DNA of 48,151 nucleotides from a virus (Duplodnaviria; Heunggongvirae; Uroviricota; Caudoviricetes): IMG/VR virus record IMGVR_UViG_2617270976_000012, positions 1 to 48,151 of that record; one strand, 5' to 3'. Shown piece by piece: positions 1 to 8,296 of this stretch (position 1 is its first letter; each line of letters starts with the position of its first letter). The notes under the pieces were generated by a model. It saw only the letters and a program-made list of their open reading frames with translations, ran no database searches and was not told where the DNA came from. The position numbers and the translations under genes were made by a program.

Positions 1-276
1 TTACCGACTGCGGCCTGAGTTTTTTAAGTGACGTAAAATCGTGTTGAGGCCAACGCCCATAATGCGGGCTGTTGCCCGGCATCCAACGCCATTCATGGCC
101 ATATCAATGATTTTCTGGTGCGTACCGGGTTGAGAAGCGGTGTAAGTGAACTGCAGTTGCCATGTTTTACGGCAGTGAGAGCAGAGATAGCGCTGATGTC
201 CGGCGGTGCTTTTGCCGTTACGCACCACCCCGTCAGTAGCTGAACAGGAGGGACAGCTGATAGAAACAGAAGCCAC
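1..276 (-). CDS. insA: IS1 InsA protein
   Basis: 91-aa translation [48 protein letters not shown]... matches IS1 InsA as recalled; zinc-finger CxxC..CxxC plus HTH. Confidence 0.9.
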
Positions 277-331
277 TGGAGCACCTCAAAAACACCATCA
301 TACACTAAATCAGTAAGTTGGCAGCATCACC
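1..331 (-). mobile_element. IS1 insertion sequence, partial (one terminus inside window, rest beyond window start)
   Basis: Reverse complement of 309-331 is GGTGATGCTGCCAACTTACTGAT, the IS1 terminal inverted repeat; insA ORF lies immediately inside it. Confidence 0.9.
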
Positions 332-494
332 CCCATGGCATACCGTCATGAGCGACATGCTTATATTCCCTTCCTTCCATAAACGATTTTTCCCGGGCCT
401 TTTTTAACGTACCTTTTTTTATTCCTTTCAGCGCAATTAACTGCTCTTCGGATACCCATTTGCCGGGAGAGACAATCATGATTACTTCGCTCAT
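327..494 (-). pseudogene. Xis-like excisionase gene truncated at its 3' end by the IS1 insertion
   Basis: Minus-strand ORF MSEVIMIVSPGKWVSEEQLIALKGIKKGTLKKAREKSFMEGREYKHVAHDGMPWG read by eye; the GREY motif and W/basic pattern resemble lambda Xis; the stop codon TGA lies inside the IS1 inverted repeat. Confidence 0.35.
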
Positions 495-566
495 CGATTT
501 CTTTATCTCTTACATCAGACGAGCGCCGGTTGCAGAATACCAGTCACAACCGGCGACAGTTGAACA

Positions 567-3038
567 TTAAGAATCAGCCTGACTCGGGATCAGTTTTTGC
601 CAGATAACTGAAACGTATTTTGCCTGGTAACGGGCGTCATCAAGTGCATTATGGCGCTCACCTTCGAATGGAATAGCCGTTCTGGCATCGAAGTCTATGG
701 CTTTCCCCAGCTCAACGATTGTGCGTACATCGCGATCGTTGTAGTAACGCCACGGGCAGGGGATCCCCTGCCGTTCGTATGAACGGCGCAAAATCGTGTT
801 GTCGAAGTTGGCTCCATTTCCCCAAACCTGAACAAAAAATTCACCGGAGTTTTCGTCGATAAATTCCCGCAATTGTAACAGTGCATCATCTAACGGGATT
901 TCACCGGTCATAATGGCAGATTGCGCTTCGCGTGATTGCTTAAGCCACCATTTAATGGTGTCCCGATCAATGACTCCGCCAGCAGTTTCCAGATCGATAG
1001 TCTTACTAAATTCCGGTCCCATATCTCCGGTTTGCGGATCGAAAAATATTGCACCTATTGAGATAAGCGGGGCATCGGGATTTTTTCCCATGGTTTCAAG
1101 GTCGATCATCATGTGGTGCCACATTCTGCTGGTGGATGTGATTTCTTGATGACCGTTCACCTTAATTGAGTGATCTGCCGTCTCGCCAGTTTCATTATCG
1201 CTATCGTGATGCTGATTGCCGCCAGTGTTCTCCTTGTGTGGATGTTCAGCGCCTTCCATTTCCTCCGGATCATCTTCCTGAACTTCAGGCTGATACTCTT
1301 CATCGAATGTTTCCTGGTATGTTGCGTCGCCCATTACCGCGCCACAATCAGGGCAGTTGCCGCCGCCGGTCTGACCGCAGGCGGTGCAGACTTTTTCCAC
1401 TTCCTGTTGCGCCACTGATTCAGGCTGTTTCGTTTCTGGCTCGTTTTGTAACGCATTTGGGCTGTTTTGTTCCGCTTTCTGGTCGTTCTGTTCCGTTTCT
1501 TGCTGGTTCTGGTTCACAGAATCGCGGGTCTGGTTCCCCTTAACCCATTTCGGATCATTCGGGTCGCTAATCCCTTCAACAAATTCACCACGTGATACTG
1601 CAAGCAGTTCATCGGCGTCAGGCTGGCTGATATTGGCTGCCTGCATAATTTTGTTTACTTCGTCAGCGGTAACTTTTACTGGCTCTGGTTGTGCGGTCGT
1701 GTCAGATGCACCAGTATTTTGTTGTGAACCTGAGTATGTACCGTTTTTACGTGCGAAGTATTCCTCTTTCGTGATTTCCGTAGCTCCCAGGGCCAGTGCT
1801 TTTTCCAGACCAGAAAGTTTGTTTGCGCGACCGTATTTTTCGCCGTCCTTATCGGTGAAAAGGAAGTAGAACGGTCCCTCACGCTCTACAGATGGTTCGT
1901 CTTCCACTTCGCATTCGGTTTTTTCGTTGTCCGGCATTGCCGTTTCCACTGCATCAGTTTCTGGTACTGGTGACGAGAGAGTACCAGTTGCGCTCTGATT
2001 TGTTCCTTCATCTTCAAACACGCCCTTTGTAGTCAGGTATTCAGTAATGTATTTGTTCAGTGCCACAGGGTCTTTGTGAATGTCGATCGGACGTTCACGG
2101 ACAAGGCCAAAAATAGTCTGGCGGTCGTAGCGAAGGGCATCAGGCTGTTTGCGCATTGATGCCGAGATACGCTTCCAGTCTTCGCGGTCGTTGTCGATAA
2201 CTTCATTTTTTGCCCAGCGATGGATGCTGCCGTCAATGTTTCCGGCATCCACATCACCAGGCCAGAGAGCGTAGGCCAGTTCGTCATCCAGTGTTTTCCA
2301 TGTCTGCTTGTATTCGCGATGAATGGCAGCAATGACCGGGTTGATTTTTCCTGTTGAATTTTCAGTGTGCTGTTGATTGGCTCTGGCGCGGGCGAGATCA
2401 ACAACAGACGTGTATTTTCCGGCTTCCTTGCGTTCACCTTCGCGACGTTTTTTCCAGATGCGCATCTCTGCCTGAATTTCGGGCCATTTGGCACCAGGCT
2501 TACATTTATGCTTAACCCACCCGATGGCATGCAGCTTAAGCTCCGGATACATGGCGTTAACTTCTGGCATTTTCATCAACGCTTCAACGATATGTCCGTC
2601 GAATGTTGCCATGTCTTCCTGCAACAGTTCCTGCGCGCTAATCACCATATCAACGGTGATGTTTTCACATGTGTCGAACTTAACCATGACAGCGTTCTGT
2701 ACTTCAGGGGCCAGCTTGTCAAAAGTGACGTTCATCGGATCTGATTCAGTCTCAACCGGGACAAAGGAAGCAGACTCCTCATCCCAGCGGTTTTCCTGCA
2801 TATATTCAGCATCCCAGGAATCTAGGGCAGGGCGGGGTATACCGGGTTTATCCTCGCAGACAAGAAATTTATAAGCGCAGTCCTGAGCAGCCGGATAATG
2901 TTCCAGGAATTGCCAGTGAAATTTTGCGCGGGCGCGACGTTCATCACCGGCTTCAATGGCAGTGGCTACAGCGACGGCACCTTCTTCCTTTATTGCCTGT
3001 TCGTCCGGAATGGCGGCGCAAATAAAGACTTTACTCAT
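567..3038 (-). CDS. Large prophage exonuclease (the type annotated exodeoxyribonuclease VIII / RecE-like in E. coli prophages) with C-terminal DEDDh (DnaQ-like) 3'-5' exonuclease domain
   Basis: 823-aa ORF; C-terminal MIDLETMG...WGNGANFDNTIL...HNALDDARYQ motifs typical of DEDDh exonucleases; central acidic/Q-rich linker with CxxC..CxxC; position at distal end of leftward early operon. Confidence 0.6.
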   Translation of the reverse strand: MSKVFICAAIPDEQAIKEEGAVAVATAIEAGDERRARAKFHWQFLEHYPAAQDCAYKFLVCEDKPGIPRPALDSWDAEYMQENRWDEESASFVPVETESDPMNVTFDKLAPEVQNAVMVKFDTCENITVDMVISAQELLQEDMATFDGHIVEALMKMPEVNAMYPELKLHAIGWVKHKCKPGAKWPEIQAEMRIWKKRREGERKEAGKYTSVVDLARARANQQHTENSTGKINPVIAAIHREYKQTWKTLDDELAYALWPGDVDAGNIDGSIHRWAKNEVIDNDREDWKRISASMRKQPDALRYDRQTIFGLVRERPIDIHKDPVALNKYITEYLTTKGVFEDEGTNQSATGTLSSPVPETDAVETAMPDNEKTECEVEDEPSVEREGPFYFLFTDKDGEKYGRANKLSGLEKALALGATEITKEEYFARKNGTYSGSQQNTGASDTTAQPEPVKVTADEVNKIMQAANISQPDADELLAVSRGEFVEGISDPNDPKWVKGNQTRDSVNQNQQETEQNDQKAEQNSPNALQNEPETKQPESVAQQEVEKVCTACGQTGGGNCPDCGAVMGDATYQETFDEEYQPEVQEDDPEEMEGAEHPHKENTGGNQHHDSDNETGETADHSIKVNGHQEITSTSRMWHHMMIDLETMGKNPDAPLISIGAIFFDPQTGDMGPEFSKTIDLETAGGVIDRDTIKWWLKQSREAQSAIMTGEIPLDDALLQLREFIDENSGEFFVQVWGNGANFDNTILRRSYERQGIPCPWRYYNDRDVRTIVELGKAIDFDARTAIPFEGERHNALDDARYQAKYVSVIWQKLIPSQADS

Positions 3039-3133
3039 TTTGTTTTAACCTCATTACAGATTTCAGGGTGAACGAATCCCTGCCATTGCTGGCATTTTTA
3101 ATCCGTTGGTATGGTGTTAATATGGCTGGAGGG

Positions 3134-3322
3134 TTATCCAGCCGGTGTTTCGTTATTCAGGTACAGCGATACTTTTTTTAGCGGGAGGCATTCACCAGAA
3201 ATTTTTTGCTCGTCTCTTGCCTGGAGGCAGGATTCTTTACTTGCATAAATTCCGGTAATCACATTCTGTGATTCACCCGTTATAAGAAAAACCGTCATCA
3301 TCAGTGCAAATGCTGAAGTCAT
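3134..3322 (-). CDS. ydfD: YdfD-like small membrane protein (Qin dicB-operon homolog)
   Basis: 62 aa, N-terminal hydrophobic segment MTSAFALMMTVFLITGE, resembles YdfD as recalled; ATGA start/stop overlap with upstream dicB. Confidence 0.5.
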   Translation of the reverse strand: MTSAFALMMTVFLITGESQNVITGIYASKESCLQARDEQKISGECLPLKKVSLYLNNETPAG

Positions 3323-3507
3323 TGACGTTCTCCGAAAATACCAAGTTCAAGAAGAGCAATTCGGGAAAGTATGGAATTATCATTGAGCAGATAAGGCTCA
3401 TATTTCCTCATATTAATGGCATCTTCAGTAAACTCCCGGTTACTGAGCAGAACACCAATATCAAAACAACCTTCAGACGTATTAACGTTTGGTAATAACG
3501 TTTCCAT
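3319..3507 (-). CDS. dicB: DicB-like cell division inhibitor
   Basis: METLLPNVNTSEGCFDIGV... matches the N-terminus of E. coli DicB as recalled; GAGGA RBS 7 nt upstream. Confidence 0.8.
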   Translation of the reverse strand: METLLPNVNTSEGCFDIGVLLSNREFTEDAINMRKYEPYLLNDNSILSRIALLELGIFGERQ

Positions 3508-3685
3508 TATCGCGTCCTCAACAATGAATTTTGTGATGCAGTGCCTGGTGCCTCCAGGTGACGTTAACCAGTTAACAATTAACGCCGGATTAGTTGATGC
3601 TCGTTACGCCCGTAAAATACCGCCTTACTGCTTTAACTGTTCCGCGTGCGCATAGCCGCATTCACCGCATCACAAAATTCACTTT

Positions 3686-3725
3686 AAAAAGGGCGGATAT
3701 CCGTTTCCGCCGAATCACCAGAAAA
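3686..3725 (-). ncRNA. dicF: Candidate DicF-like small RNA (approximate boundaries)
   Basis: Minus-strand RNA UUUCUGGUGAUUCGGCGGAAACGGAUAUCCGCCCUUUUU: 5' UUUCUGGUGA and terminal GC hairpin plus U-run resemble DicF as recalled; about 180 nt upstream of dicB in a 520-bp stretch with no minus-strand ORF. Confidence 0.4.
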
Positions 3726-4026
3726 GTGATAACAGAGGGCGTTGCAGCGGGGTTGTCACTTAAGCGTATGGTCAACCTGACAACCCGGTGTCCTCAGCGG
3801 GGAAGGAATACCCCCGCCATACTTACCGCCGCGCCATTTCGCGGATTGCCACAACCGGAAGCGCACGGTCGAATTAAATTTAACGACTACCTACAGAGAG
3901 ACGAACTTCGCCGTGCGCTTTCGCGTTATGCCCTGACTTTTCAGGGATATATCCTTTTCAGTAAACTGTCAGTGCCGGATTCTTATCCGTGTCCGGCGCA
4001 CGCACTCTACCTCACCTGTGAATAAA

Positions 4027-4413
4027 TTAATGATTAATTGATATTTTGTTGTTTGATTCAACTTTCCCATCGGATGTGTGATGCTTTAAATCACAGGAAT
4101 TAATACTGCTTGCTGTAAAATGATTTTCAAGGGGAGCTATTCGAATCCCTTTCTTTTTCATTAACAAGCCAAATCCTTTATTAATGATGTCCATTAATTC
4201 CAGGAAGTATTTTTCATGTAAATCCTGGTTATCAGAGAGCTGCTTCTCTTCGCACAGACCGATAAAGGCACGACGCACGTTACCGGATATAGTATCGATG
4301 GTTTCTTTTTCTACAGTACTCAGGTCAAGAGTCGCCAGTTGAGAGCGAACCACATTCGATGCCATTTCCTGGAATGGTACTGGTAAATCTTTAAATTCCA
4401 TCGTCAACCTCAT
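4027..4413 (-). CDS. Hypothetical protein, AT-rich, unknown function
   Basis: 128-aa ORF; TGATG stop/start overlap with the upstream gene suggests translational coupling; no recognisable motif. Confidence 0.5.
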   Translation of the reverse strand: MRLTMEFKDLPVPFQEMASNVVRSQLATLDLSTVEKETIDTISGNVRRAFIGLCEEKQLSDNQDLHEKYFLELMDIINKGFGLLMKKKGIRIAPLENHFTASSINSCDLKHHTSDGKVESNNKISINH

Positions 4414-4565
4414 CAGTCAGTGTTTCTGGTTAACCAGCGACGCTCGCCAGCTTCAGTTTTAAACGTTTTGCTTCTGGTATACGTCATCGCGGTGAACGTA
4501 CCGTCCTGGTTGGGGAACACACCACATACCAGAGATTCGTTGTTGCCAAGATCGATAGTATCCAT
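4413..4565 (-). CDS. ydfA: YdfA-like small protein (first gene of dicB-type operon)
   Basis: 50 aa from MDTIDLGNNESLVCGVFPNQDGTFTAMTYT...; GAGG RBS 6 nt upstream of ATG at 4565; resembles YdfA as recalled. Confidence 0.45.
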   Translation of the reverse strand: MDTIDLGNNESLVCGVFPNQDGTFTAMTYTRSKTFKTEAGERRWLTRNTD

Positions 4566-4748
4566 GCTGACCTCATTTCCCCTTAACGCCGGGGTAGCGG
4601 AACAAAAACCTGCTGCATAGTTAAAGTTGAACCCTGCCGTCATGTTCTTACGCCTCGGGCTGGCTACTTAACCCCTGACCACTGCCGGGTAACTCGAAGT
4701 ATTTCCCTGCGTTCTGTGGGGCGGGGTGGGGTAGTGGAAATAATCTAC

Positions 4749-4783
4749 AATTAAAAACTGTTTTGTGTCAACAGTTTTTAATT
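4749..4783. promoter_or_regulatory. Palindromic operator-like site at the promoter of the leftward dicB-type operon
   Basis: Inverted repeat TTAAAAACTGTT-n7-AACAGTTTTTAA; a related palindrome lies in the repressor/cro intergenic region. Confidence 0.4.
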
Positions 4784-4837
4784 GTTGTATTGGGCAAAAA
4801 AACTCCCTCGAATGAGGGAGTGTGAAAATTGTTCAGT

Positions 4838-5125
4838 TCAGATAGGGAAGGGAAATTGTCGGCGGGCATGCACAATATTTGCAATTTCAATGCTTGAAGC
4901 TGCTACTCGGTACAAAACGATATAATTAGGGTGAACCACAATTTCCCGCAAACCGGATACTCGATCACTTGGCGGATATAGATATGGATGCTCAGAGAGA
5001 GCTAAAACAGACGTTTCAATCCGTATTTTTAGTCTGCGTGCTGCAGGAATATTTTCCTTAGCAATATAGGCTACGATCTGACGCAAATCATCGCGAGCAG
5101 ATGGTAGCCACAAAATGGGTAACAT
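4838..5125 (-). CDS. parE2: ParE/RelE-superfamily type II toxin (ParE2-like)
   Basis: 95 aa with ParE-like pattern (W..A..DL..I..YI, C-terminal basic region); start overlaps antitoxin stop; the 1/2 paralog cannot be distinguished from sequence alone. Confidence 0.7.
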   Translation of the reverse strand: MLPILWLPSARDDLRQIVAYIAKENIPAARRLKIRIETSVLALSEHPYLYPPSDRVSGLREIVVHPNYIVLYRVAASSIEIANIVHARRQFPFPI

Positions 5126-5316
5126 TACTCGCTCCTGTTAGTTACAGCAATTTGAGCAATAAGATTCTCCATTTCAGCCATTACCTCATCATGTGGAATT
5201 GAGGGACGAGGGTCAGCAAGGCTTGACGCCACTTTAGCGCGTAACCATTCGTTGTAACTGTTTTCTTGTTCGGTAGTTTCGAATTCTGAAACTATCGGAG
5301 AAAGGGCTGTACTCAT
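5125..5316 (-). CDS. paaA2: Small antitoxin (PaaA2-like) partner of ParE
   Basis: 63-aa acidic protein directly upstream of and overlapping the ParE-like gene; matches the PaaA2 antitoxin arrangement. Confidence 0.6.
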   Translation of the reverse strand: MSTALSPIVSEFETTEQENSYNEWLRAKVASSLADPRPSIPHDEVMAEMENLIAQIAVTNRSE

Positions 5317-5343
5317 GGCATAACTCCTCTTCTTGTACTGTGG

Positions 5344-5745
5344 TCACGCCCGGCGGCTTTTTTGTGCCGCCAACCACCGGGCAATGGTTTCTTCCATTGA
5401 TTTTTTCTTGTCTTTGATTTCTTGAAGCATTTTTTCTTGGTCTTCCTCTGGAAACGCACTAAAAGCCTGGAGCAGTTCGCGTTGACGAGGACCAATTTTC
5501 ATCGTGTCAGGGGTGAAAATTTGCTCCCCCTCTTCAGGAGGCAATAAAAACCAATGCAATGGATGCCCTGTAACCTCAACCAGTTTATCCAAACTTGAGG
5601 CTTTAGGTGTAGCCTTACCGCTGACCCATTGTTGAACAGTTTGTTGTGTCACACCAATTCTACGGGCAAGCTCAGCCTGGCTCCATCCAGTTTCCTGAAG
5701 AAGCTTGCTGATTCTGTACATAGATACTTCTAGGGCGTTCATCAT
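5344..5745 (-). CDS. paaR2: HTH (XRE-family) prophage repressor, DicA/PaaR2-like
   Basis: N-terminal HTH WSQAELARRIGVTQQTVQQW; divergent from a Cro-like gene; co-oriented with the downstream TA pair. Confidence 0.7.
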   Translation of the reverse strand: MMNALEVSMYRISKLLQETGWSQAELARRIGVTQQTVQQWVSGKATPKASSLDKLVEVTGHPLHWFLLPPEEGEQIFTPDTMKIGPRQRELLQAFSAFPEEDQEKMLQEIKDKKKSMEETIARWLAAQKSRRA

Positions 5746-5785
5746 TATTCAATTTTACAGGTAAATACTGTTAAAAGCATCACAA

Positions 5786-5816
5786 TAAAAAACTGTTGAT
5801 TGTGTACAGTTTTTTA
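5786..5816. promoter_or_regulatory. Palindromic operator-like site in the divergent repressor/cro promoter region
   Basis: AAAAAACTGT-n10-ACAGTTTTTT between the repressor start (5745) and the cro-like start (5855). Confidence 0.4.
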
Positions 5817-5854
5817 TTGTAGGCTTTGCTTATAGTTTTTTAGAGGAGAGCAAA

Positions 5855-6127
5855 ATGCTAGATAGCACTCGCGAAAAAATTAGGCAGAAATACACTCAAG
5901 CTGAAATAGGTCGTTATATGGGGGTCGCTCAACAGACAGTTTGGCAATGGTTTAGCTTTGACGTTCCCCCAAAGCAGGTAATTCCGTTATGTCAGCTAAT
6001 GAAGTGGGAAGTTACCCCGCATGAAATTCGCCCTGATATTTATCCTAACCCAACCGACGGTTTACCTGTTGGATTCAAGGTTAACACATCAAATGCACCG
6101 GAGTTGATTCATGAAAATCAAGCATGA
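5855..6127 (+). CDS. ydaS: Cro-like HTH regulator (YdaS-like)
   Basis: 90 aa, HTH YMGVAQQTVWQW; divergent from the repressor gene. Confidence 0.6.
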   Translation: MLDSTREKIRQKYTQAEIGRYMGVAQQTVWQWFSFDVPPKQVIPLCQLMKWEVTPHEIRPDIYPNPTDGLPVGFKVNTSNAPELIHENQA

Positions 6128-6536
6128 ACACATCCGCATGGCGATGAATGCCTGGGCGCGTCCTGATGGCGAAAAAGTTCCAGTAGCTGGAATAACCCAG
6201 GCTTATTTTGAGTTGGGTATGACGTTTCCTGAACTGTATGACGACAGCCATCCGGAAGCCCTGTCTCGTAATACCCAGAAAATTTTCCGCTGGGTAGAAA
6301 AAGACACCCCTGATGCGGTTAAAAAAATTCAGGCGTTGTTACCGGCGATCGAAAAAGCAATGCCGCCTCCACTGGTGGCCCGAATGCGCAGCCACAGTTC
6401 GGAATATCACCGGGAGCTTGTCGAGCGACGGGAGCGCCTGGTGAAAGATATCGATGAGTTTGTTGCGGCAGCGATCGTGTTGTTCGATCAGATGAATCGT
6501 GGTGGTCCGGCGGGAAATGCCGTGGTGGCGCATTGA
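6111..6536 (+). CDS. ydaT: YdaT-like regulator (CII-analog position)
   Basis: 141 aa starting MKIKHEHI; immediately follows and overlaps the cro-like gene. Confidence 0.5.
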   Translation: MKIKHEHIRMAMNAWARPDGEKVPVAGITQAYFELGMTFPELYDDSHPEALSRNTQKIFRWVEKDTPDAVKKIQALLPAIEKAMPPPLVARMRSHSSEYHRELVERRERLVKDIDEFVAAAIVLFDQMNRGGPAGNAVVAH

Positions 6537-6556
6537 TAACGTGTTCTGGGGGGGGG

Positions 6557-7522
6557 ATGAAGCTCCTTTTTGCTGAACGTCCGCTGGTTATAAACACGCA
6601 GCTGGCGATGAAAATTGGTCTGAACGAAGCCATCGTGTTGCAGCAGTTGCATTACTGGTTGAGAGATACCGGTTCCGGCATGGAATGTGATGGTGTTCGC
6701 TGGATTTATAACACAACAGAACAATGGCTGGAGCAGTTCCCGTTCTGGTCAGAGTCAACGTTAAAACGCGCATTTGCAAGTCTGAAAACGCTGGGGCTTT
6801 TGCGTTGCGAAAAGCTCAATAAATCAAAGCGTGATATGACTAATTTTTACACGATTAATTACGAGAGCGAGCTTTTAAATGGTGGCAAAGTGAGCGAATC
6901 CATCAGGTCAAAATGCGCTGCTCCATCAGGTCAGAATGACACGATGGAAGGGGCCAAAATGGCACGTTCCATTGGTTCAAAACGACTCAATGTCATCGGG
7001 TCAAAATGGCCTGATGATCTTACAGAGAATACAACAGAGATTACTACAGAGAATAAAAACACTTCTCGTCCGGAAGCTTCGCAACCGGACCCGCAGACGG
7101 TTGAACAGGATTTTTTAACCCGACACCCTGACGCGGTTGTGTTCAGTGCAAAAAAACGCCAGTGGGGCAACCAGGAAGATTTGGCGTGTGCGCAGTGGAT
7201 CTGGGGACGAATCGTGAGTCTTTACGAGCAGGCCGCCAGCGATGATGGCGAGATTTCGCGACCGAAAGAACCCAACTGGACCGCATGGGCCAACGACGTG
7301 CGCACAATGCGGATGCTGGATGGCAGAACTCACAGACAAATTTGTGAAATGTTTGGTCGGGCGCAGCGGGATCCATTCTGGGTAAAAAATATCATGAGTC
7401 CGTCAAAGCTTCGCGAAAAATGGGATGAACTGGTTATCCGCCTGGGGCGTTCGTCTGTACAGCGTTGCGTGAATCATATTTCTGAGCCGGATACCGAAAT
7501 TCCGCCGGGGTTCAGGGGGTAA
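6557..7522 (+). CDS. Replication initiation protein (O-like / YdaU-like)
   Basis: ORF precedes the DnaC-like loader; ATG at 6557 follows a 9-G tract (the ORF track opens at an upstream TTG, 6533). Confidence 0.6.
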   Translation: MKLLFAERPLVINTQLAMKIGLNEAIVLQQLHYWLRDTGSGMECDGVRWIYNTTEQWLEQFPFWSESTLKRAFASLKTLGLLRCEKLNKSKRDMTNFYTINYESELLNGGKVSESIRSKCAAPSGQNDTMEGAKMARSIGSKRLNVIGSKWPDDLTENTTEITTENKNTSRPEASQPDPQTVEQDFLTRHPDAVVFSAKKRQWGNQEDLACAQWIWGRIVSLYEQAASDDGEISRPKEPNWTAWANDVRTMRMLDGRTHRQICEMFGRAQRDPFWVKNIMSPSKLREKWDELVIRLGRSSVQRCVNHISEPDTEIPPGFRG

Positions 7523-7528
7523 CGGGCC

Positions 7529-8275
7529 ATGAAAAATATCGCGACAGGTGGTGTTCTTGAGCGTATCCGTAAGCTGACCCCGCAGCATGTAATCGCGCCG
7601 TACCGGACAGTGGACGAGTGGCGCGAGTGGCAACTGGCAGAAGGGAGAAAACGTAGCGAGGAGATCAACCGCCAGAATCGCCAGTTGCGGGTGGAAAAAA
7701 TCCTGAATCGTTCGGGCATCCAGCCTCTGCACAGCAAATGCTCGTTTGCGAATTATCAGGTGCAGAACGACGGGCAAAAACATGCGCTGAGCCAGGCAAA
7801 ATCCATCGCTGACGAACTGATGACAGGGTGCACGAATTTTGTGTTCAGCGGTAAGCCGGGTACCGGAAAGAACCACCTTGCAGCCGCCATTGGCAATCAT
7901 CTTCTGGCGAAAGGTCGCAGCGTGATTGTGATAACGGTGGCTGATGTGATGCTGGCGTTACACAACAGCTACGACAACAAAAACTCAGGCGAAAAATTTT
8001 TACAGGGGTTGTGTGATGTTGACCTGCTTGTCCTGGATGAAATCGGAATGCAGCGGGATACGCGCAACGAGCAGGTCACACTGAACCAGATAGTCGACCG
8101 CAGAACGGCTTCGATGCGTAGTGTCGGAATGCTGACGAACCTGAACCACGTAGCGATGAGTACGCTTCTTGGCGAGCGTGTGATGGACCGCATGACCATG
8201 AACGGTGGTCGATGGGTGACATTTAACTGGGATAGCTGGCGTCCAAATGTCAGCAATATGAGGGTTGTGAAGTAA
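7529..8275 (+). CDS. DnaC-like helicase loader (IstB-like AAA+ ATPase)
   Basis: Walker A GKPGTGKNHLAAAIG, Walker B LLVLDEIG; 248 aa. Confidence 0.85.
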   Translation: MKNIATGGVLERIRKLTPQHVIAPYRTVDEWREWQLAEGRKRSEEINRQNRQLRVEKILNRSGIQPLHSKCSFANYQVQNDGQKHALSQAKSIADELMTGCTNFVFSGKPGTGKNHLAAAIGNHLLAKGRSVIVITVADVMLALHNSYDNKNSGEKFLQGLCDVDLLVLDEIGMQRDTRNEQVTLNQIVDRRTASMRSVGMLTNLNHVAMSTLLGERVMDRMTMNGGRWVTFNWDSWRPNVSNMRVVK

Positions 8276-8296
8276 TTTTGTCCGGAGGAAATTTTA

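Noticed and set aside
3594-4025. 143-aa plus-strand ORF (arginine-rich) in the dicB operon region
   Set aside because: Antisense to the operon, no RBS or motif, composition typical of out-of-frame translation of GC-rich structured DNA; the region is better explained as non-coding and containing the DicF-like element.
6319-7900. Several minus-strand ORFs (64-165 aa) opposite the YdaT-like, replication and DnaC-like genes
   Set aside because: Antisense to well-supported, coupled plus-strand genes; no RBS or motifs.
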